Of a DNA stretch of 64,000 bases, positions 51,741 through 62,806 are shown one piece after another. Each line of letters opens with the position of its first letter. Within the stretch, counting starts at the first letter, position 1. The notes under the pieces were generated by a model, which made no database searches, was not told the DNA's origin, and saw only the letters and a program-made list of their open reading frames with translations. The translations under genes were made by a program, and so were the position numbers. The DNA comes from a virus (taxonomy: Duplodnaviria > Caudoviricetes), in IMG/VR virus record IMGVR_UViG_2808606549_000001, positions 32,001-96,000 of that record. One strand, written 5' to 3'.

Positions 51741-52286
51741 TTACATCCTCCATATCCTCATTAACCTTTGGTTACGGTAAATCAAATCAAATGACAGAAT
51801 GAAGAATGTAAGCAGCATGGTGTTAGATAGGAAATATGATAGTATACAGACCGCACATGAAATTATTTTATGTATGTTATTTCCATTATGTTTTGTGTGA
51901 TATGGGCTAAGGAACAGATTAACGATTATGGCGAACAATGTCACTGCTACATAAAAACTTTGAGGTGGATCGTTGTGACTTATCAAGGGATTTACGAGGA
52001 TAGCGCCTGTCGTGACCAAAAGACATGAATCTGGAGTATTAAAGTGATTGCCACCATTCCAAATGCGAATAATCGCAAGCGATATAGTTGATATGATTAC
52101 TTCCTTTAGCACCCCAAAGTAGATCCCTGTGAAAATTAGTATTGGTAATAACAATAAGTAAATTGCTATAACTCCCAATTTCTTTTCCATTCTTAGTATA
52201 TCATTATCTATATCTTCTGAGATGTAGTTTTCTAAATTATTATAAATCCCTTTTGCTATGTATTCGCATAATTTCTGTATTGGCAT
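51741..52286 (-). CDS. agrB: AgrB-family peptide-processing protease
   Basis: IRIWNGGNHFNTPDSC = R..GG.H......C catalytic motif; multi-TM. Confidence 0.85.
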   Translation of the reverse strand: MPIQKLCEYIAKGIYNNLENYISEDIDNDILRMEKKLGVIAIYLLLLPILIFTGIYFGVLKEVIISTISLAIIRIWNGGNHFNTPDSCLLVTTGAILVNPLISHNDPPQSFYVAVTLFAIIVNLFLSPYHTKHNGNNIHKIISCAVCILSYFLSNTMLLTFFILSFDLIYRNQRLMRIWRM

Positions 52287-52326
52287 GTTTCACCTCGTTT
52301 TCCACTTGGCAACTCCTTATGTATGT

Positions 52327-52356
52327 AACTTAGCATATTCGATTTACCAAAGTCAA
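52327..52356 (-). promoter_or_regulatory. Promoter for the agr-like operon
   Basis: TTGACT-N18-TAAGTT with TG extension. Confidence 0.55.
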
Positions 52357-52417
52357 TCCTTTTTAAGATAAATATTCATTATTTACTTTAATATTAAAAA
52401 AAGTCCTAGAAATTTAT

Positions 52418-53389
52418 CTAGGACAGATTATAAACCTCTTTTACTGTATCTAAATTCAAGAACTCTGATCTCAATCGCTGCATGCTTTGATTGTTTGTAA
52501 TATTGAACTTATCAGCAATGACCTTATATTCTTCATCATCTAATCTTCCGGTTTGCTGATACAGTTCTTTTGCAACGAAGAGCATGGCGCTTTCAAGAAT
52601 ATTGGTTGGCGTAAAATTTTCCTCTCCAAGATCATCTTTAATCGTCTTTAATCTTCTATGGACGATTGTGAAATCGGCTTCATCGAATCTGATTGTGTGT
52701 GTCTGGGCGGACCTGATGATATATTGGTTATCAACTAATGCAGCCGTTTCCGACCGAATATCCTTGCTCACATTGCCATTCTTTTTTTCGTAATACAATT
52801 CACGTAATGCTTTTTCACAAAGAGCAATACAACGATCATCAACTGATACTGTACGTGTGGTTCCGTCTTCGTCTGTAACCGTTAATTGGTTCTTATCAGC
52901 ATGGACGTCACTGCGTTTAAGGTTGGTTATCTCAGCGTTCCTAGAGCCTTTTACACCGTTCCAGAGCAGCGACACAATGGCTGCGTCCTGAGCATTAACC
53001 AACTTGTTTAGAATGCTGTTTATCTCACTGTCAGTCCAATACTTTTTAGATGCTACTTTAAATTGTTCCTGCCATGCCTTATCAACACTATCCAATGGAT
53101 TTAAACCTTTTCTATAGCCTCTCTCAATACTCCATTCGATATATTTCGACACATATTTGCAGTTATTCCTGCTAGCATACTCTGTCGTAGGTAAGAACAA
53201 ATAGAACAATCTTCTTAGTTCTTCTCTATTGAAACTATACAGATCCTTACCAAGTTCCTCTTCCATCTTGTAAGATATCTTAAATGTTCTATCTAGAATT
53301 TTCTTTGTTCCTGGACCAAAGCCTGAATCAATATACTCTTTTTTTATCTCTTCGTTGTACCACTTATCTTCATACAAAACATTAGCCAT
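52418..53389 (-). CDS. YopR/MrpR-like master repressor (tyrosine-recombinase fold, catalytically degenerate)
   Basis: YNEEIK..YI, EE.LGKDLYSF, N.QD..I..LL..G..G....EI.NLK; HxxR replaced by TPTNILES. Confidence 0.8.
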   Translation of the reverse strand: MANVLYEDKWYNEEIKKEYIDSGFGPGTKKILDRTFKISYKMEEELGKDLYSFNREELRRLFYLFLPTTEYASRNNCKYVSKYIEWSIERGYRKGLNPLDSVDKAWQEQFKVASKKYWTDSEINSILNKLVNAQDAAIVSLLWNGVKGSRNAEITNLKRSDVHADKNQLTVTDEDGTTRTVSVDDRCIALCEKALRELYYEKKNGNVSKDIRSETAALVDNQYIIRSAQTHTIRFDEADFTIVHRRLKTIKDDLGEENFTPTNILESAMLFVAKELYQQTGRLDDEEYKVIADKFNITNNQSMQRLRSEFLNLDTVKEVYNLS

Positions 53390-53398
53390 CGGTATACC

Positions 53399-54742
53399 TC
53401 ACTTCAACAGTTTGTCAGCTTGTTCTTCAAATAACTTACGAATCTCGCCTTTAACCTTATTGGAGTTAACTTTACCTTGGCCAGCCATCAGATTGTTCAG
53501 TTGAGTACCTTCTTTTTTCTCAAAGTTGATACTGTCAATTACCTTCACAATGTCATCAACTGGGAAGTCTTTTCCGTACTTCTTATAAAGTTTACCAGCA
53601 AGCGCAATAAAACCAACGAACATGTTGTGATGTACAAACCAAGAAGTTTCAATTAACTTGGATTTCTCTTTACCAAATTGATCTTCATAGTTAGCCATAA
53701 AATAACCAAAAAACTTCTTCAGTGCGTCTAGAATATCATAACGATCTTTGGCATTTTGAGGTTCAAATACTGATTCTATTGTATCAGACAAAATGGCAAA
53801 GTTTGTTAACAAATTGAGTTTTTTATCTAGAGCAGTTTTAATTGATATTCTGTTCTTAAACTCGTGAATGTTCATTAAATCTTTTGCAATCTGAGCACCA
53901 ATTGTTTCTGCTTTGTAGTGCTTTACAAGAGTTTTATCAAAGGGATTTACTGTGTTGATCTGGCCTAGTAAGAACTGAGCTTCTTCCAGTGGATAGTGTT
54001 TAATCTGAACACCAATATAACCTTCAATATTAGGTTCTTCCTCAAGTACATTCAGGATCGCAGTAAGTCGATGCATTCCATCAATTAGGTTAATTGTAGT
54101 ACCTTCAAAAATAGTTAACTGTCCATCTTCAAAAGTAATCTTGTCATTACCATCAACAAGGATATTTAACAACAAAGCATCAGGCTTATACTTACCTTCA
54201 ACCATCAACTTAGTAATCGCTTTAACACTCTTCTGTTGAACATCTTCTTTCTCAACAATCTGACCTGTTCTCTTACTTAATCGTTTTTTACTTAATCTTT
54301 GAGTTTGGAAGTTGTAAGTAATTACTCCTGCGTTCCAGAGGGCCGCAATTTCCTGGAAACTAATATATGTGATATAGTCTCTACCTGTCGGAAATTCGGT
54401 CACATGGCGAAGCGTATATGGATATTCAATGGCTTTCTCGTCTTCGTACTTATACTTAGCAGCCGCTTTAACCTGTTTTTGAGTAAAGAATATCGAAGGA
54501 TCAATTTTTACGTTTTCTGTGACCTTATGTAGAGCCACAGTATAAAATGCAATTTCTTCATCAGACAACTGCTGTACTTTCTCTGTGTTTGCAACTAATT
54601 CAACAAATGTTCCTCTAGGTACATTGTGCTCAGTAGCGAGTGTGTCATCAATAGTTCTAATTAGTTCTTTGTTTTGTGCAATTTCAGTTAGAACCTCTGG
54701 AAGAATATCCTGAATAGATCTCGTTTCAATTGCTTCACTCAT
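53399..54742 (-). CDS. YopQ-like DndB/ParB-superfamily protein
   Basis: YNF.TQR and IDGMHRL motifs; immediately upstream of the YopR-like gene as in SPbeta. Confidence 0.75.
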   Translation of the reverse strand: MSEAIETRSIQDILPEVLTEIAQNKELIRTIDDTLATEHNVPRGTFVELVANTEKVQQLSDEEIAFYTVALHKVTENVKIDPSIFFTQKQVKAAAKYKYEDEKAIEYPYTLRHVTEFPTGRDYITYISFQEIAALWNAGVITYNFQTQRLSKKRLSKRTGQIVEKEDVQQKSVKAITKLMVEGKYKPDALLLNILVDGNDKITFEDGQLTIFEGTTINLIDGMHRLTAILNVLEEEPNIEGYIGVQIKHYPLEEAQFLLGQINTVNPFDKTLVKHYKAETIGAQIAKDLMNIHEFKNRISIKTALDKKLNLLTNFAILSDTIESVFEPQNAKDRYDILDALKKFFGYFMANYEDQFGKEKSKLIETSWFVHHNMFVGFIALAGKLYKKYGKDFPVDDIVKVIDSINFEKKEGTQLNNLMAGQGKVNSNKVKGEIRKLFEEQADKLLK

Positions 54743-55342
54743 TAACTCATCTCCTCACTTAGATACAACTACACTATTTTATACTGCGTTTGTCATTGAC
54801 TATAGTATACACAATTAAAATTAAAAAATACACTCCCCTACATAAAAGAGGGAGTGCATTTTGAATGAATTTATTATGAAATTTCTAATTATTAGCCTCC
54901 TTGCTTTGATTCAGACGCTTATCTGTTTCAATTTTACCCTAACACTATCTTGTACTTATTATCTAAACAGTAATGGAAGGCATCAATTCTGTATGTAAAA
55001 ACCTTAATTTCCTCTTGAGTTTTCTTATCAATAACAACCCACAAATCCTTCCTGGAGCCATCTAAAGGACGTGAAATTATAACCTCTTTCAAGTTAATTG
55101 AACTCCTCATATAAGGCGTATACTTTATCTCTGAATTCCCTTCTAATTCGATTCCTATTCATCCAATCGTCTGCATCTGAAACGCTCAGTGCTACGTCCT
55201 GCACACCCTTAATCATGCGTACAGCAGCGACAATGGACTCAACAGTTTCTTCTCCGTAATCATCGTTTAGAGACACATAGAAACCCTTAATTGGATCAGA
55301 CATAATTATTATATCACCTCATGAAAGTATGTTTTTATCAGA

Positions 55343-56164
55343 TTACAGTTTTCTATAACCTTTATTCAGAAGTTCTACTCTTTCGAGACTGAGATTTGCA
55401 CTAGTTTCACCTGAAATGATCGCTTCTAATGTATTACTTAATTCAAGTTCAATACTATTTATCAAATCCAAAAGAACATGTGGATTATTTAACTCCATTG
55501 GCATTACAACTCTACTGAAATTATCTTCACTAAAGATAACGTGTACATGACCAATGAGCAAGTCATCTTGAATCCATAAATAATTTTCTTTCTTATTCAC
55601 CATGTCCTGATACATTAATCTCAATCTCAAAAGAATCATTAAAGCAGATCTAATTTTAAAATAGGCGTCTTCACCTAAAAAAGGTCTCTGCGTTACAAGA
55701 TTCTCCGTAAGAGACGTTGTGTCTAAACCTCTTGGTGAACTGCGTTCATCAATTGACTTTAAGTTTAAGTAGTCCTTGTCGTCCAAGTTATTCAAAACAC
55801 TGAAATATTCAGATTGTTTAATTATAGAAAAAAAGTTGATAATCGGCGCAACATATTTTCGAGTATCGATATATTCATGCCATGCAATCTCAATTGCTTG
55901 GATACGACGATTTTGGACGACTTGACTCATGGCGTGGAAATGTTCCAGATTTTTTTGTTTTAGTGCATTCAATTGACTGATTTCAAGCTTTAGTTTCTCG
56001 ATCTGTGTTTGTGTAGACGCAGTATAAGATAATTTTTCTTTCTCAAAATTTTGCTTGTTACTTTCAAGTCTCCGATCAATACTTCCTTTTATTAGAACGC
56101 CTATTACTCCTGTAATTGAAGCACTGACAACTGCACTGGTGAGTAAAGTGGTCCAATTAAACAT
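55343..56164 (-). CDS. Membrane-anchored coiled-coil hypothetical protein
   Basis: N-terminal TM then coiled coil; bounded by sites 55321 and 56178. Confidence 0.6.
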   Translation of the reverse strand: MFNWTTLLTSAVVSASITGVIGVLIKGSIDRRLESNKQNFEKEKLSYTASTQTQIEKLKLEISQLNALKQKNLEHFHAMSQVVQNRRIQAIEIAWHEYIDTRKYVAPIINFFSIIKQSEYFSVLNNLDDKDYLNLKSIDERSSPRGLDTTSLTENLVTQRPFLGEDAYFKIRSALMILLRLRLMYQDMVNKKENYLWIQDDLLIGHVHVIFSEDNFSRVVMPMELNNPHVLLDLINSIELELSNTLEAIISGETSANLSLERVELLNKGYRKL

Positions 56165-59051
56165 TCTTCTTCACCTCATGAAATCGTCAATTTGATCAAC
56201 TATAAAGAGCAAGTAACATTATCTTTTGTAAGCATTGAGCAGAGTAAAACCAATGAAAGCAAAGATTTTAAAATCTGTTCTTTCAGTTTCAAAATCAACT
56301 ACTTGTTGAAGTTGATCAATTATTTGCTCTTCAGTTAATTCATTTTTATTGCTAATATAAACAATTTTCGTAATTGGTCCGTTTTCAGTTGCAATCTCGT
56401 ATGACACTTGATACGCGTAGTTTCCTCGTACAGTCGCTTCCAACGTCTTATTAAATGGCAAATAATTAAAGTTCATCGATCTTTATCCTTTCCTGATGAA
56501 ACTGTTATTTTATCGTAATTTTTTTAATTGTATTCACACGTTCCTCAGCTTCTTTCAACCATTCCTCTTTTATTCGAGTGGCAAGATCAAGGAGTGGCTT
56601 TTTCTTCGCACAAAAATAATACACGCTATTATATTGGGAGACTTCATCAGTTATAGATCCAATATGATTATGAAATACCTTTCTAAGTGGTTTAATTTCG
56701 ATTTTCGTTTCACTCTTGTCGACATATAGATTGTACATATGGATTCTCCTTACTTCCTATGAATGAGTCTTTTTATTGATTTAATACTTTTCGATATCGC
56801 TTTACCATTTCATACAGTAGTGGCTCGGTGATTAAATGAATCAGATACTTAACTCCACCATTCTCTTCGCAGAACTTTTCATAAGTGCTACGCAGAACTC
56901 CATCTTCTAAGACTCCCGTTTTACGCCAAGACTCATTTTCATTGAATGCTTTCTCGATTTGCTCATCAGTTAGTTCGCTCATCATTTGCTCAATTGTTTT
57001 CATGATATTATCTCCTTATGAAATAGTATAATTATTTACCTGTGAGGACTTCTTTTAATCTAATCCAAGCTTCTTCATAACTGCTGGCTGTCACCTCAAG
57101 CCTAACTGACCTGTCGCTTCTATAATAGAATTTCCAACATTTCCTTTCAGGCAAACGATCCGGCAGCTCCCACAGTTTTTCAAGTTCCATTAGTCATCCA
57201 ACCTTCTCAGAGCTGCGTCATTGGCGTCACAAACCTTCTCAGCCATTTCCCTAATTATCTGTCTCCTTGACTCCTTAGTGCGGTCTATAAAGCGTCTAAA
57301 CATCTCATTCAACACAGCATGATTCATGTCATCTAAATTCAACTCAGATTCATATTGGTCATCATGATCATCACACCATTTTTCAAGTAATCCGCCACGT
57401 TTAAATGGTTCCTCAATAGCTTGAACCAATTCGATATCAGTTTTATTTTCAATAAATTCTCTCTTCACTTCGTTATACATCATTTTACATTCTCCCTATC
57501 GTGGAAGTCTCAAATCAGAAACCTTACTGATCAAATCACGCAGGAATATCATCAAGTCTCTTTCGGTTAGTTTACATTCCGCTTCCTGTACCTTTAGGAT
57601 ATTACCAATGCACTCATTCATCAACTCATTCTTGTATGATTGTTGAGTTGCTTTTAAATCATCAACGGCATTTCCCAGAGCATATTCAGCCCTACTCATT
57701 TCACTAAAAGCGTTCATAACATTTTCATTTTTCATTTATATGTCATCTCCTCATGAAGTGGATTTTTTATTTACTCTTCAACAAAATCTAAAAGCATATT
57801 ATCTATAACATGGGATGTATGTTTGGCCTCTCCGTCAAGGAACACAACTTTGCTGCGAATATCTTCTTTCCAGACTACTTCAGCAGTGTCACCTTCGTTT
57901 ACGAGTAATCGCTCTTTTGACAAGTGTCGATAAACAACAAAGTTCTGGTTTACAATTGCATTCATATAAATCTCCTCTCTTTTCTGATAAAACTGACATT
58001 TCATTGGATTTCTACTTTAATGCTTAGAAACTTCTTACCGCTTTTTTGATGAGAGAAACATACGTCAAATGAGTTGGCATCGCATTCGACAATATTGTAA
58101 TCAACTTGATAAGCTGCGCAGACGCCAGTTAAATACCCAGAACTATATTTATACTCTGAAGATTCTTCTCTTTGGTAAACCACCGACTTAACCATGTAAT
58201 ATATATAATTTTGTGCGGCCATTTTGAGTAGTTCATTTCTTTGATTAATATACCTCACTTCCTTTTAAATAATCACCATTTAATTTCTTCTTAATTTCAT
58301 CTTTGAATTCAGTTGTAATCCTTTCGCCTTTAATCGAGTATGTAATATCTTCAGCAAAGGGCAACCAGGACTTAATTTCCTCGAATAGTTCATCAGTTAC
58401 CATAACGCGGACATCACCTTTATAAGCAGGACAGCGTTGGTAGAACTCCTTACCACGCTCAATGACGAGTACCTGTGGCCTTCCCGTTAGAACATGCTCC
58501 TGCCACTCTAGGATGCTTTGAGCGCTGTCGCTTAGATCCTTCCATTGCATTTAATCTCACTCTCGCTTTCCAATGAAATTGCATCTCTTATTTGCTTATT
58601 AGGTTAGAAAGTGTGTTAGTGCACTCGTCACACAGAACCATTTGATTTAAATTGTTTTTACTTGTGTCTCCAGCAAAGATAATATTCACCTTCTTGCTCT
58701 CTTTGCAGGAGTCACAAGTTTCAAATCCACCTCTAATTAAAATCCCCATTTCTGCATTCGCACCTCATAAAAGTGAAATATCATTGTATTATACCTCTAC
58801 TAAGTATTTAGATTCTATCCAATATTTCTGCCCAATTTCAGAAGCTACATCATGTTTCAACACTTGCACACAAACACTATCATTTCTGTATTCGGTAATT
58901 ATTGCTTCTTTGATCATTACTACTGCGTCAGTATGTGCTTTAGCAGCCATCGCTTTTGGTTTAACCTTTAGTCCATCTAGTTGTTCAGACAAAATGGCGT
59001 CGATTCGAAATTTAATATCCTTCATAACTAGCCTCCCATGAAAGTCAGTTT

Positions 59052-59228
59052 TTATCGCCTTTCTCCATTAAGACAATAACCACAAACGTTTTCACCTTTT
59101 ACAACTTTCCATCCAAGCCTCTTTAGGAATTTATCAGCAGTGCTTTTATTTTTCCCTAGATCGGATGGATTACAATCGCCACTGGCCCAATTACCACATC
59201 TGGAGCAATAACAATCATAATATCTCAT
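59052..59228 (-). CDS. Untracked 58-aa zinc-finger protein (MRYYDCYCSRCG...GWK...CGYC)
   Basis: Translated by hand; stop inside site 59038. Confidence 0.55.
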   Translation of the reverse strand: MRYYDCYCSRCGNWASGDCNPSDLGKNKSTADKFLKRLGWKVVKGENVCGYCLNGERR

Positions 59229-59270
59229 TAGTTCGAGTTGTATTTTACATCACCTCATTCCCCATGAAAT

Positions 59271-59915
59271 TCAGGTTTCCTTGGAATCTAATTTCAAAAT
59301 CTGATTATAAACTTTCTCATTAATCCTACTTTTGCCAAGTTCTAAAAGTGAAACATATTGTTTTGTAATACCTAACAACTCACCCATTTCAGTTTGAGTC
59401 TTTTGTAGTTTTTTTCTCAATTCTCGCAACTGTTCTCCGCTCATCAATGTAACTTTTATTTTCTTCTCTTTGAATTTTATTTTCTTCGTTTTGACTTTCT
59501 TAATTACTTTATATTTCTTACCTTTGTTGTTACCTCTTAGACAGCCACAGCTTTTAGTTGATCCATTTTTAAGGCTCCCCAATAATGGTTCACTTAGATT
59601 ACCGCATTCACACAAACAGCGATATCTCTTGTGTCTGCTTTTTTCATTGCTGACTCTTTCTAATATTTTTAGTTTGCCATATACCTTTCCAATTTCCTGA
59701 TCGGTTCCTACAATGCCTTTAAATTGTGTTAAGTTATATGCATTTTCTAAATGTGCTTCAGCAGCTGCTTTAGAAGAAAATCGTCTTTGCAATTCTATGG
59801 CATTTTGTTTATAAATAGTTGCGTGCCAAATTCCTTTCCACAATTCGATTACTCCACGAAACTCTTCATTTTGTGCCTCCCATCGCATACTTCCTGATCT
59901 CTCCTTAATAATCAA
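59271..59915 (-). CDS. Cys-repeat (HNH-endonuclease-associated) domain fused to XRE HTH
   Basis: YGKLKILE...CLCECG...KSCGC; LRELRK..KTQ.EMGELLGITKQYVS.LE.G. Confidence 0.7.
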   Translation of the reverse strand: MIIKERSGSMRWEAQNEEFRGVIELWKGIWHATIYKQNAIELQRRFSSKAAAEAHLENAYNLTQFKGIVGTDQEIGKVYGKLKILERVSNEKSRHKRYRCLCECGNLSEPLLGSLKNGSTKSCGCLRGNNKGKKYKVIKKVKTKKIKFKEKKIKVTLMSGEQLRELRKKLQKTQTEMGELLGITKQYVSLLELGKSRINEKVYNQILKLDSKET

Positions 59916-62140
59916 TCACATTTCCATCCGCATGGTTTCCAATAAAACAACTCTTTCATTATCTTCCTACGAATTTCTCTTTGATAAAATCTGCTGCATC
60001 ATAAAACCCGAACTTATTTGCAATTGTATATAGGTCGCTCATCTGTTCATTTAATGAATCTTGTCGTTGAGTGCATTGTTTTACTTTCTTAAATTCATCT
60101 TTCCAAAATGCCTTATCCTGGAGTTCTGCAAACTCGCTTTCAGTCAATAAGTCCTCTGGTTTCTCACGATTGGTATAGTAATATAATTCGAAACCATCAT
60201 ACAATCCACCTTCAACTGTAAGTAAAACTTCATTGGATTCAACATAAACTAAATTCATTTTTTGGTGTTTACTAATAACTACTTCGTTGTTGTCGTCGTC
60301 AGTGGTTTCGATTTCGCTTGCTGTATAAAACACCTTATTCTTACTTAATTGTTCCCATGTTTGCATTTACCTATCTCCTTATAAGTGGGGTTGATGAAAC
60401 TAGTATTTTATCTACTCATGTTCGATTAGCAGATCCATCTTTCTTCCTTCTTCCGCAATTCGAGTGTAATACTTAAATCTAACATCATAAATGTTCCAGT
60501 CGTGTATTTTATCCTCCAAGAATGCCGTTATACCATGCTGCAATTTAGGATTATCAATTGTTCTCTTAATAGGATTTTCAATTTTCTCGCCTGTTTGAGT
60601 ATCGAATTTATCTCCTTCAAACATCCGTTCCTCATCTAAAATTGACCAGACACGTTTTATCTTGATACCTAGCAAACCCATATCTTCTAACAGTGTATAC
60701 GAAACATTAGGGATTCCTCTTACAATCTTATAAGGCATCTTTTCACCCCTTCCTCCATTCTGAATGAAACGAGTCCTTTATCGAAACATTAATCTTCAAT
60801 TTCCATGTCTCTAACTCTTTCTCCGTCAACCCATACTTCGATTTTTCTATAAATAAATGCCTTTTTAGCAGCCTTGTATTTTAAAACGGCTTTATCAAAA
60901 TCCGTTCCAACATAAATGCTTTCGTTATTATCACTTAACATGCTCTCACCGATAACCAAATATACTTCCATTTTTGGCACCCTCTCTCTTCTTCTCATGA
61001 AACCAATCTTTTATCGCCTCTTTATTCTTGCCTCTTCAGCTCTTTTCCCGCGAGCTGCCCACTGCAATGCCTTAGTTCTATATTCACCAGCTTTGTCATA
61101 TTTTCCTCTCGCCGCTGCTTGTTTGCTCTTTGTTTCCCAATGTCCTGCTCTATCATTGCAATATTTTGAAGTATCTCTACTTTGAATAATATGCTCCCCC
61201 ATCTCCATGAAATCTCCGTTTCATTCAAATCTCTAATGAAGGTTCTTCTTCAATAAGTTCGCCATCCCATTTAGAGCCGTAATACCATTTTTGCAGTTCC
61301 TTAGTTGCAGCATAAATTGTCTTTGCTACTTTCGACTCAAATCCGACTTTTACAGATACGTAATCTTGAAATTCGCATGACATGTCGGTATCGATAGTTC
61401 CATCATCATTAAATCGAATGTAGCCATTTCGAAATTCAATTTCCCCACGATGCTCTTTGATCCATTCGAGTGCTCTAATATCACTCATATTAAACATTAA
61501 GATCACTCCTTTTGCCAGGAAATCAGTTATTCATCGAATATCTTTAACCTTGCTTACCAAATCATTGATAAAAATCTTCAAATCAAACTCCGTAATATCT
61601 CCAGATTCTTTCTTAATCTTTATAATCCCTTCAATACACTCTTCTATGAGTGAGTTAGTGTATGCTTTTTGCGCTACTCTCAGATCATCGTTTGCAGAAC
61701 GTGCCTTATGTTCAGCTTCGCTCAATTCTTTTCGAGTTTGTTTATGAGTTTCATTCATCTCTAGCACCCCTTGAAATTAGATTTTCGTTTACTTTCTGCC
61801 GCACAACTGACCTATTTGAAAATACTTTTATTTTCTGTTTTTAAACTATTCCAGACTCCTTCATATTTCGAGATGATATCTTTTAGCGACTTCAAAATTT
61901 CGCCATTCAATTCCAAGCGCACTTCTTTGTCATCAACTCTAACTAAAGTAATAGTTTCTCGATCCTCATCTACTTCAATTTCGTTTGGAAAGTTAACATC
62001 GTTCAACCATGAAAAGGCATTATCTTGATTTGCCCATTCTGTCAAAGGATTGCTACTGATTTGCAAGTCTTCGTTAGCTTCTTTGCTCGCAAATTCTTTT
62101 TTGATTGTTGTCTTCTTCATAATTTTAACATCTCCTCTTT

Positions 62141-62611
62141 TTATTTGATCTCTTCAACATTCTCTTCTGGTATTTGAAGCAGCTCTTTCAACTTTACGAA
62201 ATGTTCTTCATAAATCGCTTGGCCTCCACGTTCCCATAGCCCGACTAATTGTTTGTGGACTCCGATATATTCTGCAACATCTTGCTGCAAAAGATTCGTT
62301 GCCTTCCGAATCGCCTTCAAGTCTGCAACTTTAAATTTACGTCTGCGTGGAGGCTGATTCTGAGCAATTTCATCTTCAATTTCTTCCTTGTCTTCATATA
62401 CCTCACCGCTCTCATCAATCACCGCTACGACTCGCTCAATCGGAATGTTAAAGTGTTCGCAAATTTTGTTTATCGTTCGAAGCGTTACAGTATCAGTATC
62501 GTTATTGATTGCTACAGCAGTCGTAGTAGAAATGATGCCGTTGTGGTGCAGATAATTCATATGCACACCATTTTCGGCCAGAAATGACCTCAATGGTTCG
62601 AAACTTATCAA
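62141..62611 (-). CDS. Double XRE/Cro HTH transcriptional regulator
   Basis: ISFEPL...TINKIC.HF..PIE.V and LKAIR...QQDVAEYIGV....V..WERG; TTG start at 62611. Confidence 0.8.
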   Translation of the reverse strand: MISFEPLRSFLAENGVHMNYLHHNGIISTTTAVAINNDTDTVTLRTINKICEHFNIPIERVVAVIDESGEVYEDKEEIEDEIAQNQPPRRRKFKVADLKAIRKATNLLQQDVAEYIGVHKQLVGLWERGGQAIYEEHFVKLKELLQIPEENVEEIK

Positions 62612-62716
62612 TTCGTATCCCTCCTCTATATCCATATTATAGCATCGTTTAGTTATAAAATCAATAAAATATTATTGCGATATTACCGGACAGACGACAA
62701 AAACAGAACGGATATG

Positions 62717-62756
62717 CGAACATATGTTTGCCAAGTTGGTAAAAGGGTGATATTAT
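62717..62756 (+). promoter_or_regulatory. LexA box overlapping the -35 of a sigma-A promoter
   Basis: CGAACATATGTTTG (62717-62730); TTGCCA-N17-TATTAT. Confidence 0.75.
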
Positions 62757-62806
62757 ACATATACCGCATCCCCACATCTAACATCAAACTAGGAGCTGGT
62801 CACTTC

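Larger units (their letters stand above)
55321..61788. repeat. Second dense run of junction sites (55321, 56178, 56496, 56759, 57753, 57987, 58767, 59038, 59264, 59942, 60394, 60764, 60997, 61207, 61517, 61771)
   Basis: Read directly; roughly one or two small ORFs between consecutive sites; 56178 has a 7-bp spacer. Confidence 0.9.

Noticed and set aside
52418-53389. Active tyrosine integrase
   Set aside because: HxxR and the catalytic Tyr region are not recognisable; better explained as a YopR/MrpR-like repressor
50403-54742. Arbitrium (aimR/aimP) locus
   Set aside because: No ~380-aa HTH-TPR receptor or AimP-like signal-peptide ORF in this window; it could lie outside
54876-58590. Weak site-like sequences at 54876, 57018 and 58573 (also 18165 and 36416)
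   Set aside because: Right arm too degenerate or spacer length wrong; not counted
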